From: Enterobacteria phage ATK47
Reading direction: 5' to 3' (one strand)
Length of the DNA stretch: 64,000 bases
Sequence record: NC_055708.1
The position numbers and the translations under genes are program-made. Positions 1 through 7,824 of this stretch are shown piece by piece. Within the stretch, counting starts at the first letter, position 1. Each line of letters starts with the position of its first letter. Under the pieces are notes generated by a model that saw only the letters and a list, made by a program, of their open reading frames with translations, was not told where the DNA came from and made no database searches.

Positions 1-14
1 TGCTCTTCCGATCT
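1..14. other. Illumina TruSeq-type adapter remnant (ends GCTCTTCCGATCT)
   Basis: Bases 2-14 are an exact 13-mer match to the 3' end of the Illumina universal adapter; lies at the very start of the window. Confidence 0.6.
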
Positions 15-734
15 GTTTCTGTTGCCTTTTTAGCTGCTTTAGTGGCAGCAGAAAAGGCTGCAGAAACTAAAGCAGCTAAAAAGGCAACTAAAGCTAAGGT
101 TCATAAGCATATTAAAGCTAACCAATGTGGTAAAGATGCAGATACGACATTGTTCTTAACAGAAGGTGATTCGGCAATTGGATATCTCATTGATGTTCGT
201 GACCGTGAACTACATGGTGGATTCCCATTACGTGGTAAGGTAATGAATAGCTGGGGTATGTCATATGCCGATATGATGAAGAACAAAGAGCTCTTTGATA
301 TCTGTGCTATCACAGGTCTTATTCTTGGTGAAAAAGCAGAGAATACGAACTATCGTAATATTGCAATTATGACCGATGCCGATCATGACGGCCTTGGAAG
401 TATTTATCCTGCTTTGCTTGCTTTCTTTAGTAATTGGCCTGAATTGTTTGAACAAGGACGTATTCGCTTTGTTAAAACGCCTGTAATTATTGCACAAATT
501 GGTAAAACTCAAAAATGGTTTTATACTGTAGCTGAGTATGAAGAAGCTAAAGATACGCTGCCTAAGCATAGTATTCGATACATCAAGGGATTGGGCTCCC
601 TTGAAAAGTCAGAGTATCGTGAAATGATTCAGAACCCTGTGTACGACGTAGTTAAACTTCCTGAAAATTGGAAAGAACTCTTTGAAATGTTGTTGGGTGA
701 TGATTCAGAACTTCGTAAAGAATGGATGTCCTAA
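15..734 (+). CDS. 39: DNA topoisomerase II large subunit, C-terminal part (Toprim region; gene-60-equivalent segment fused in frame); 5' end outside window
   Basis: Frame is open to the window start; Toprim motif IMTDADHDG; C-terminus ...LRKEWMS matches recalled T4 gp60; no interruption of the frame. Confidence 0.9.
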   Translation, partial: VSVAFLAALVAAEKAAETKAAKKATKAKVHKHIKANQCGKDADTTLFLTEGDSAIGYLIDVRDRELHGGFPLRGKVMNSWGMSYADMMKNKELFDICAITGLILGEKAENTNYRNIAIMTDADHDGLGSIYPALLAFFSNWPELFEQGRIRFVKTPVIIAQIGKTQKWFYTVAEYEEAKDTLPKHSIRYIKGLGSLEKSEYREMIQNPVYDVVKLPENWKELFEMLLGDDSELRKEWMS

Positions 735-749
735 GCTCCTTCGGGAGCT
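734..749 (+). terminator. UUCG-type stem-loop (agctccTTCGggagct) downstream of gene 39
   Basis: Perfect short inverted repeat with TTCG loop followed by T-rich tract. Confidence 0.45.
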
Positions 750-776
750 TCATTTTAATTTTAATAAGGCTTAATT

Positions 777-1877
777 ATGAAAGTTATGTTTATCCCATCT
801 CGCGCAGTCCCATTTAACCCAGAACGTGTACAAGGTGGTCTTGAAGCAGTACATTTAAATGTGTTGAAATATCTTGTGTCCATCGGTGCTGATATTGATT
901 ATATCGGCTTTGATAATGACACGTTTGGTGACTGGAAGGTTAATCATCATCCTGTTGGTCATCTGACTAAATTCAGTCTAGGTATGAGTTATACTATGGC
1001 TCGTAAGATTGTTGAACTAGCCGGCATTAATGAGTACGATTTCGTTGTTACAATGGAACCGACTAAACTAACCGTTCAGGCAATTAAAGACGCAGGTCTC
1101 TCTAAAGTTCATAAGAATTTTATGGCAACACCATTTGAACCGGTATCTCGTGGCATTGTTCAAATTTGGGACCAGACTATTCAAATTCATAAGAATGGTG
1201 GTAAGAGCTATGCTCCTACTAAAGCCTTCCGTGAATTTGAACGTAAATATTGTTATATGACTTCAGGTCTGACTGACAAAATTGATTATGATTATTGGCG
1301 AGCAAATCCGTTGTTTGAAGCCGAAGATTATCCGGTTATTTGTTTGAATGAGAAACCTGAAGTTCTTCCGGCGACTGATCTGATTATTAGTGCACAACGT
1401 TATGACACTAAAATGCGTCGTACTGATGTTGCTCTTGAAGCGATTAAAGCACTAGGCGAAAATGGTGTAGGATACTGTCCTAGTAAATGGGCACCACCGG
1501 CTAAGTATCCTGTTATTATTGATGCTCCACACAGTGAAATCATGGAACGTCTTAAAACAGCTAAAGCACTTATCAATACGTGTCCTGACACGGGTACGGT
1601 AGAGAATAGTTCTATTGAAGCCATCTCTAAAGGTGTCCCTGTGATTCAGTTAGTTTTTAAGGATTATCCGCACGCGACATTCGAATATGACCCAGATACT
1701 GTGCGTGTAGAAATTGATTCCTCTACTCCTAAGAAAGAAGTAGTTGCGCTTTACACAAAAGCTGTATTAGAATTCACTGACACATACGAAGCTCGAGTTA
1801 AACGTGCTGAAGCAGTATGGAAGAAGTATAACCGAGATGCGGTTGTTGCGATGTGGGATAAAATCTTCACAGCGTAA
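777..1877 (+). CDS. Putative GT-B fold glycosyltransferase (candidate DNA sugar-modification enzyme)
   Basis: N-terminal MKVMFIPSRAVPFNPERVQGGLEAVHLNVLKYL resembles GT-B/GT4 N-terminal donor-domain signature; C-terminal ENSSIEAISKGVPVI resembles the E-x7-E-like GT1/GT4 motif; RBS taagg upstream. Assignment by motif only. Confidence 0.45.
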   Translation: MKVMFIPSRAVPFNPERVQGGLEAVHLNVLKYLVSIGADIDYIGFDNDTFGDWKVNHHPVGHLTKFSLGMSYTMARKIVELAGINEYDFVVTMEPTKLTVQAIKDAGLSKVHKNFMATPFEPVSRGIVQIWDQTIQIHKNGGKSYAPTKAFREFERKYCYMTSGLTDKIDYDYWRANPLFEAEDYPVICLNEKPEVLPATDLIISAQRYDTKMRRTDVALEAIKALGENGVGYCPSKWAPPAKYPVIIDAPHSEIMERLKTAKALINTCPDTGTVENSSIEAISKGVPVIQLVFKDYPHATFEYDPDTVRVEIDSSTPKKEVVALYTKAVLEFTDTYEARVKRAEAVWKKYNRDAVVAMWDKIFTA

Positions 1878-1969
1878 ATCCTGAATCGCCTGAGGCACTA
1901 TTACACATAAGATGATAGATTATATGGTCTTTAGTAATAGTGCCCTAGGAATCTACTGAAGAGAATATT

Positions 1970-2170
1970 ATGAGAACATATAACGTGGACTTGGAACTTT
2001 TTGATAAAGCAGTGCTCCGGGAATTCCGGCTTATCCAAAGATTTTTTGATATCGAATCAGCAGAGTCCTTTAAAGAACGCTTTAAAGAAATTCGATATAA
2101 AATACAAACCGATACAGCTACTAAAGAAGAACTTCTTGAAGTAGCAGAAATTTTTAAACGTAACTTGTGA
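1970..2170 (+). CDS. Hypothetical small protein (rIIA-upstream)
   Basis: 66-aa ORF, same strand as neighbours, AT-rich RBS region; no recognisable motif. Confidence 0.4.
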   Translation: MRTYNVDLELFDKAVLREFRLIQRFFDIESAESFKERFKEIRYKIQTDTATKEELLEVAEIFKRNL

Positions 2171-2182
2171 TGAGAGAAAAAT

Positions 2183-4396
2183 ATGATTATTGAAACGGCT
2201 AAAGAAACGATTATTGGTTCAGGCGGTAAGAGCACAGCATTCACTATTCAAGGCAATAGCAAAGTTTATAAGATTTTGTCTAATGACCTTTATACAAACA
2301 AAGAATTGGCTTGTGTACGTGAATTAATCACAAACTGTATTGATGGACAAATTCTTAATGGTTGCACTGATAAGTTTATTGTTCAGGCTCCAGGTCGTTT
2401 AGACCCACGTTTTGTAGTTCGAGACTTTGGTCCTGGTATGAGTGATTTCACCATTAGAGGTAATGACGAAGAGCCGGGAATCTATAACTCATATTTTGCT
2501 TCAACTAAAACATCGAGTAACGATTTCATTGGTGGATTCGGACTCGGCTCTAAAGCTCCGCTAGCATATACCGATACATTTAACCTTACGTCTTATCACA
2601 ACGGTGAAGTTCGTGGTTACGTAATCTACCAAGATGACACAGGTCCACAAATTAAGCCGACCTTTGTAGATAAGATGGGTCCTGATGACCGTACGGGTGT
2701 AGAAGTAGTCGTACCGGTTAACCCGGAAGATTTTGAAAAGTTCGCATCCGAAATTGCATATGTTATGCGTCCTCTAGGTGATATTGCAGAAGTTCGTGGT
2801 GTTAAAGATATTAAATACTTCCCTGAATTTGACGATGTATATTTGGCCAAGGAAGCTCCATGGGGTGAACGCGGTAATATCATGGCTGTTTACGGTGGTA
2901 TTGTATATCCAATCGGAAGTGTTATTAAAGAACAAACATGGATGATGACTCGATGCACCACAGCTTATATTAAATTCCCTATGGGTGAACTAGACGTAGC
3001 TCCGTCTCGTGAAGCATTGTCATTTGATAAACGTACAGTAGCAAATATCCATAAACGCGTTGCAGAAATCGATGCTAAATTGTTCGCTGAAGATTCTAAG
3101 AAATGGATTGATTGTAAATACCCACGTCATGTGTTCCGTGAAATTGATTCTCTTGGTTATACCGCTCGTAAATACATGGAAAAGGCCGGGTCTAATATTG
3201 AATCACTGAAATACTCTAAAGAACAACTAACTTATTCTGAGTTGTACAAACGTTTTAAAATGGGGCCCGGATGGTGTAATCTTGGCGTTGTATACGATAT
3301 CGTTGAATCCCCTCGTCTTCGTCGTATTCGTGAAAGTGGTAGCTCATCGGCAACTATTTCAATTAACAGTCTGATTGGCATTAACATTAAAAACGTTGAA
3401 ATTGTTATTGACGACGTTAAGGGACGCGTTCCATTAATGCGAGCTCTTAATTCAATTGAAATGTCTAAAGACGAGGTTAAATTAACTGGTAAAGTTCCAC
3501 GCGGTTTTGGTAAAAGCGTACTATTCGTTGACCCTACAGACGAAGATGCAATGAAACTTCTGGAACGCCTTAAAGTTATCTTTGATGGCGACAACATTAA
3601 CATGTACAAGACTTCAGAGCTTTTACAAATCGTTAAGCCATGGATTGAAGTCAGGAAACGAACTAATGAGCCTCGTCCTAAATCGCCAAGTGCTCATCGA
3701 TTCTTTAAGAATGAAAACGATGTTTGGGTATCAGAAGACCTCTTTATTCCGGCAAGTGAAGCAGATGAAATCCAAGGTTATGCTATAGTTCGTAATCGTT
3801 CTAATGCTGAATGTCTTGACGCAGATAAAGGTTGGTTGAACTATGACTCCAATTTCTTGACCCGTATTGCTGATTTGTCAGGTATTAAAGAGTTCACTGT
3901 AGTTCGTCCACAGATTGCTAAGAAAGTTCGTAAACTTGGTGAAGTAGAATGCTTGTTCGAAAAATCTATTAACGACTATATTACGCTAATCGATAAAGTG
4001 GATTATGATGAGTATGTATCACCAAGTCGTAGAGCACAACCTTATTTGAATCATATTACTCGTAATGAAGAGCTTAACTTCCTTAGTAAGTATTTTAGCT
4101 CTAAAAACAAAGAAATCAGTAAAGATTTTGCAAAACTCTCAACAGTAAATAATCGTTGGGGATGGAATCGATTCTCAGGTGCTACTAACAGAGAACTGAA
4201 TAAAAAGTTAGAATTGTGTGCTAAAATTTTCGATAAGCTTAAAGATAATGCTTACGATAATGATGATAAAATGGTTATTGAATTCGAAACCAATTATCAT
4301 ATTGTGTCAGACTACATGGGACGACGTGGTACTCTTTCTAAAGAACAAGTCGCTCAAATCGTTAAATTCATGAAGGCCGTGGAAGCGGCCAAATAA
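2183..4396 (+). CDS. rIIA: rIIA protein (GHKL-type ATPase-like N-terminus)
   Basis: 737 aa; N-terminal ...NKELACVRELITNCIDG... and GGFGLGSK glycine motifs typical of GHKL ATPase fold; size and position (after gene 39, before rIIB) as in T4. Confidence 0.85.
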   Translation: MIIETAKETIIGSGGKSTAFTIQGNSKVYKILSNDLYTNKELACVRELITNCIDGQILNGCTDKFIVQAPGRLDPRFVVRDFGPGMSDFTIRGNDEEPGIYNSYFASTKTSSNDFIGGFGLGSKAPLAYTDTFNLTSYHNGEVRGYVIYQDDTGPQIKPTFVDKMGPDDRTGVEVVVPVNPEDFEKFASEIAYVMRPLGDIAEVRGVKDIKYFPEFDDVYLAKEAPWGERGNIMAVYGGIVYPIGSVIKEQTWMMTRCTTAYIKFPMGELDVAPSREALSFDKRTVANIHKRVAEIDAKLFAEDSKKWIDCKYPRHVFREIDSLGYTARKYMEKAGSNIESLKYSKEQLTYSELYKRFKMGPGWCNLGVVYDIVESPRLRRIRESGSSSATISINSLIGINIKNVEIVIDDVKGRVPLMRALNSIEMSKDEVKLTGKVPRGFGKSVLFVDPTDEDAMKLLERLKVIFDGDNINMYKTSELLQIVKPWIEVRKRTNEPRPKSPSAHRFFKNENDVWVSEDLFIPASEADEIQGYAIVRNRSNAECLDADKGWLNYDSNFLTRIADLSGIKEFTVVRPQIAKKVRKLGEVECLFEKSINDYITLIDKVDYDEYVSPSRRAQPYLNHITRNEELNFLSKYFSSKNKEISKDFAKLSTVNNRWGWNRFSGATNRELNKKLELCAKIFDKLKDNAYDNDDKMVIEFETNYHIVSDYMGRRGTLSKEQVAQIVKFMKAVEAAK

Positions 4397-4405
4397 GGAA
4401 ACATT

Positions 4406-5353
4406 ATGTACAATATCAAATGCTTGTCCCAAGAAGAACAGTTAGAAGCTTACGGCCTGGTTGAATCAGGCAAATGGACTCGTAAAGAAATTGCCGATTA
4501 CTTCGACATTTCAACAGATACTCTTCGTAAGATTGTTAAGAATTTTAAAGCAGAAGGCGTTGTCCCTGAAGCAAACGATGCCTCTTATGTAATCGAAGAA
4601 GTTCCAGAAAATGATGAACCTATTATCGGCGGACATCGTCCTGAAATCGTATGGAACGCGTCATCTAAATTTATTTCAATTATTGAAGGACGCGTAGCAT
4701 ACAATGCGACTCCATCAAGTCATGCAAATTTTGAAGAAATTAAAGCTAATCTGGTCGCAGGAAACCTTAGTAAAGCTGTCGAACTTATTAACATCAAGAA
4801 AGCTATTAGTAAGTTTGTTGATGGTAATGTTACTATTGAAGGTGGTAGTTTATTTTATCAAGGTATAGAAATTCGTTCAGGACTGGTTAATCGTATTATT
4901 GATTCCATGGAAAAAGGCGAAGACTTTAAATTCTATCTGCCGTTCCTTGAAAACCTGTTAGAAAACCCAAGCGAAAAAGCTGTACAACGTTTATTCGACT
5001 TCTTGGTTGCAAATGATATTGAAATCACTGAAGATGGGTATTTCTATGCGTGGAAAGTAGTTCGTAAAGACTATTTAGATTGTTATAGCGGTACATTTGA
5101 TAACTCACCAGGTAAAGTTGTTTCAATGCCTCGTACTCGTGTTAACGATGATGATACACAAACCTGCTCCCGTGGTTTACATGTTTGTGCTAAATCATAT
5201 ATTCGTTACTTTGGTTCTAGCTCAGATAAAGTTGTTAAGGTTAAAGTTCATCCACGCGATGTTGTATCCATCCCGGTTGACTACGGTGATGCTAAGATGC
5301 GTACTTGTCGTTATGAAGTAATTTCAGACGTTACTGAATTATTTGCAGAATAA
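4406..5353 (+). CDS. rIIB: rIIB protein
   Basis: 315 aa immediately downstream of rIIA, same strand; size and synteny as T4 rIIB (approx 312 aa). Confidence 0.7.
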   Translation: MYNIKCLSQEEQLEAYGLVESGKWTRKEIADYFDISTDTLRKIVKNFKAEGVVPEANDASYVIEEVPENDEPIIGGHRPEIVWNASSKFISIIEGRVAYNATPSSHANFEEIKANLVAGNLSKAVELINIKKAISKFVDGNVTIEGGSLFYQGIEIRSGLVNRIIDSMEKGEDFKFYLPFLENLLENPSEKAVQRLFDFLVANDIEITEDGYFYAWKVVRKDYLDCYSGTFDNSPGKVVSMPRTRVNDDDTQTCSRGLHVCAKSYIRYFGSSSDKVVKVKVHPRDVVSIPVDYGDAKMRTCRYEVISDVTELFAE

Positions 5354-5358
5354 TAATT

Positions 5359-5380
5359 GGGGACTTCGGTCCCCTTTTTT
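5359..5380 (+). terminator. Intrinsic terminator ggggacTTCGgtcccc + T6
   Basis: Perfect 6-bp stem, UUCG tetraloop, followed by tttttt. Confidence 0.7.
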
Positions 5381-5394
5381 CTTTAGGGGTAATT

Positions 5395-5682
5395 ATGATT
5401 CATCCATTTGACGTATCAGAATCCAAAATTGCTAATCTTCGTGGTCATCATAAGTGTAAATCAGTTTATTGTGCTAAATTGGTAAAACATCCTGGTGATG
5501 CACACTACGGCTGGTTAGAATGCGACGAAGTTGTTAATGAAATTCCACCTGTAGATGCTAACTATCTTGAAGAAGGAGACCGCATTTATTTTGGCGAACT
5601 ACACATCAGAGGTATCTATGGTAAAGACGAACTTGGGATTGTTGAGACTGAAGAGTCTTCCGACATTTATCCTGTCGAATGA
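5395..5682 (+). CDS. Hypothetical protein
   Basis: 95-aa ORF with RBS aggggt 7 nt upstream of ATG. Confidence 0.45.
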   Translation: MIHPFDVSESKIANLRGHHKCKSVYCAKLVKHPGDAHYGWLECDEVVNEIPPVDANYLEEGDRIYFGELHIRGIYGKDELGIVETEESSDIYPVE

Positions 5683-5698
5683 GTTTTTGACTAGTGAA

Positions 5699-6175
5699 AT
5701 GAAGGTGAAGATTGCTGACACTGCTCGATATTCGTTGAGCCAAAATCCTGACCAAAACAAAGAAGATGTAGTTCGACGTTGTAAGGTTGCAGTCTTTGCA
5801 GAGTATGTAGTAGCAAATTGGCTAGACGGATATGTTAATAAAGGTAACGAAGATGTAGAAGACCCGTATACGTATGCATGGGACGTGTTAGCTCATCCCA
5901 AATATTGTGGAATTCGTGTAGAAGTCAAGACACATCAGATGGATTCTAAATGGATTTCTGTTACCACAGGATACAGCGGTGATTATCCGGGTGGCAACGG
6001 AATCAACATAGGGCCCTTCCTTAATCATCGAGTCGCTGACTGTATTATTATATTGAATGTCAAAGAAACCTCACCTGACGTCTTCTCTTATTTTATAAAG
6101 TTCGTGGGAGACCATGAAGACCTAAAGAAAATCGTCCGCAAGAGCAACTACAACGGCTGGTATCTTCATCTTTAA
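5699..6175 (+). CDS. Hypothetical protein (occupies the position of denB in T4; identity unverified)
   Basis: In-frame internal ATG at 5699 chosen just after stop of upstream ORF; the longer 5555 start would overlap the previous ORF out of frame. Confidence 0.4.
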   Translation: MKVKIADTARYSLSQNPDQNKEDVVRRCKVAVFAEYVVANWLDGYVNKGNEDVEDPYTYAWDVLAHPKYCGIRVEVKTHQMDSKWISVTTGYSGDYPGGNGINIGPFLNHRVADCIIILNVKETSPDVFSYFIKFVGDHEDLKKIVRKSNYNGWYLHL

Positions 6176-6187
6176 TTTCATAAAAGT

Positions 6188-6224
6188 GTTTACAACTAAG
6201 TAGGACTATGATATAGTAGTCCTA
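6188..6224 (+). promoter_or_regulatory. T4-type early promoter (GTTTAC -35, TATAGT -10) with inverted repeat taggacta/tagtccta bracketing the -10
   Basis: GTTTAC 6188-6193, 18-nt spacer, TATAGT 6212-6217; arms 6201-6208 and 6217-6224 are exact reverse complements. Confidence 0.55.
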
Positions 6225-6243
6225 TCTAAAAGAGGATAACATT

Positions 6244-6507
6244 ATGAAATTTAAATTTTTCTACGCAAAACATAAAGTAACAGGCGAATTTGTTTCAATG
6301 TACAACACCGCAGATGACGAAGGGATGATTTATACTCATTTAGGTCTATCTCATTGGGACTCGGACGTGCCTTATATGTCATCTGAAGCCGAAATAACTC
6401 GTCTGGTTAACGGGCATATGAACGACCATTTTAATGTTATTCTTTCTAAAGACCTTAAAGAGGTTATCAACAAAGGATATATGGAACTTGCGGAAGTTGA
6501 GATATGA
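6244..6507 (+). CDS. Hypothetical protein
   Basis: 87-aa ORF downstream of early promoter, RBS gagga. Confidence 0.5.
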   Translation: MKFKFFYAKHKVTGEFVSMYNTADDEGMIYTHLGLSHWDSDVPYMSSEAEITRLVNGHMNDHFNVILSKDLKEVINKGYMELAEVEI

Positions 6508-6699
6508 GCTCTAAAATGTGGATAGGAATATGGTTGCTTAGTATCCCAATGATTTGTATAATATTTTCAATTGTGTTGAGGTACTTATGAAAAATGCACT
6601 TCTTATTGTACTAAGAACAATTTGTGATACGGGTTTTTACATTGCATGTTCGTTCACTGGAACATGGTTGGCTTTAACATATTTTAATGTAATTTAATT

Positions 6700-6736
6700 G
6701 TTTACAACATAGTAGGATTATGGTATAGTAGTCCTA
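6700..6736 (+). promoter_or_regulatory. T4-type early promoter with near-palindrome around -10
   Basis: GTTTAC 6700-6705, TATAGT 6724-6729, flanking taggatta/tagtccta. Confidence 0.55.
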
Positions 6737-6757
6737 TCAAAACATGAGGAACACAAA

Positions 6758-6958
6758 ATGGCTAAGCTTTTTAAAGATGTTGAAATTGGTGAAAAATTTG
6801 TTCTGAATAATGGTCAGCAGCTTATTCGTGTAGCTTCTATCGCCGGACAAACTCATAACTGTATCGCCCCAACGTGTTGGACTCGATTCTTTATTGAGGA
6901 TGACACTGAATGTTTAACTGTTGAAGAGCTTTTTGAACGTTCTGATATAGCCGAATAA
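6758..6958 (+). CDS. Hypothetical protein
   Basis: 66-aa ORF preceded by catgaggaac RBS. Confidence 0.5.
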   Translation: MAKLFKDVEIGEKFVLNNGQQLIRVASIAGQTHNCIAPTCWTRFFIEDDTECLTVEELFERSDIAE

Positions 6959-6960
6959 AA

Positions 6961-6997
6961 TTGTACAAACTCTTGAGAGCAGAGTATAATGCTCTCA
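6961..6997 (+). promoter_or_regulatory. Early-type promoter (TTGTAC -35 variant, TATAAT -10) with 8-bp inverted repeat tgagagca/tgctctca
   Basis: TATAAT 6985-6990 flanked by exact inverted repeat. Confidence 0.5.
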
Positions 6998-7034
6998 TGG
7001 ATTACAAAAACATTAATCAATTGAGGAAATTAGC

Positions 7035-7481
7035 ATGTCCAAATATTTAACTCGTAAAGACCTTCTGGCAGTTGGCGGTGAAGTTGTTGCAGTAGTTCGT
7101 AATGGCGAATACGGTTCTGAAGTTTCTAAAGAGTTTCGTTCTCGTGAAGGTTTTTACTTCTTTGTTAAAGGTTCATCTGATTGGCGACAAGTAGCAGCAC
7201 GATTCTTTGTAGGACGTCAACGTTCTAAACAAGGGTTGGATGCAATTCTTTCTCACATTCGTCAAGGCCGCTCACAACTCGCCCGTACCATGGGCACTAA
7301 TAATATTGAATATGATGTAATCTTTGTTTCAGCTAAGAACATGAAACCCCTAACTACCGGTTATGGTAAAGGACAATTGGCTCTAGCGTTCACTCGCAAC
7401 CATACATCAGAATATCAAACACTCACTGAAATGAACCGTCTTCTGGCCGATAATTTCAAATTTATTCTGCAGAGTTACTAA
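7035..7481 (+). CDS. ndd: Nucleoid disruption protein Ndd
   Basis: 148 aa; position between rIIB and gene 52; sequence resembles my recollection of T4 Ndd (approx 151 aa). Confidence 0.55.
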   Translation: MSKYLTRKDLLAVGGEVVAVVRNGEYGSEVSKEFRSREGFYFFVKGSSDWRQVAARFFVGRQRSKQGLDAILSHIRQGRSQLARTMGTNNIEYDVIFVSAKNMKPLTTGYGKGQLALAFTRNHTSEYQTLTEMNRLLADNFKFILQSY

Positions 7482-7533
7482 TTTATACAGGCCTATTAAG
7501 TTAGGCCTTTAATTTATTTTTGAGGTAATTAAA

Positions 7534-7680
7534 ATGGTAGCATGGATTATTGCATTGCTGTGTTGGTCGTTTTTATTCGTTAACACTTTAGTTACAGGCG
7601 AAACAACAGTATTTCAACAGGCTGTATCACAAGGTACCTTAGCGGTCTTAGCTCTTCTTAACGTATTAAAAGGCGAGTAA
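7534..7680 (+). CDS. Small hydrophobic (membrane) protein, 48 aa
   Basis: ATG 7534 after RBS tgaggtaa; translation MVAWIIALLCWSFLFVNTLVTG... is predicted TM; below ORF-track size cutoff. Confidence 0.35.
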   Translation: MVAWIIALLCWSFLFVNTLVTGETTVFQQAVSQGTLAVLALLNVLKGE

Positions 7681-7820
7681 TGATTAAGAAAATCTTAGCA
7701 GGAGCCTTCGGGCTCTTGTTGTTGCTTACGGTTCTGTACTATGGTGTGATGTTTGGACTAATCCAAGTAGTGCTTTTCATTTCAGATGTTATAATGGTTA
7801 TTCGTTCATTAATATGGTGA
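7680..7820 (+). CDS. Small hydrophobic (membrane) protein, 46 aa
   Basis: TAATG stop-start overlap with previous ORF; translation MIKKILAGAFGLLLLLTVLYYGVMFGLIQ...; ends 4 nt before gene 52 start. Confidence 0.35.
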   Translation: MIKKILAGAFGLLLLLTVLYYGVMFGLIQVVLFISDVIMVIRSLIW

Positions 7821-7824
7821 AAAT

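Noticed and set aside
240-420. Gene-60-style 50-nt translational bypass element
   Set aside because: The topoisomerase frame is continuous across the position equivalent to the T4 hop (…DADHDGLGSIYPALL…), with no in-frame stop or take-off/landing GGA pair.
101-569. Minus-strand ORFs (101-313, 261-569) inside the topoisomerase gene
   Set aside because: They lie antisense within a strongly supported CDS with conserved Toprim motifs, have low-complexity translations and no RBS; the same applies to other antisense ORFs in the track inside rIIA, gp37, gp34, nrdA and the baseplate genes (for example 2626-2883, 14924-15283, 19353-19559, 29882-30085, 50688-51017, 52031-52360).
5555-6175. Long form of the ORF starting at 5555
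   Set aside because: Its first 42 codons overlap the preceding ORF (5395-5682) in another frame; the in-frame ATG at 5699 just after the upstream stop is the more plausible start.
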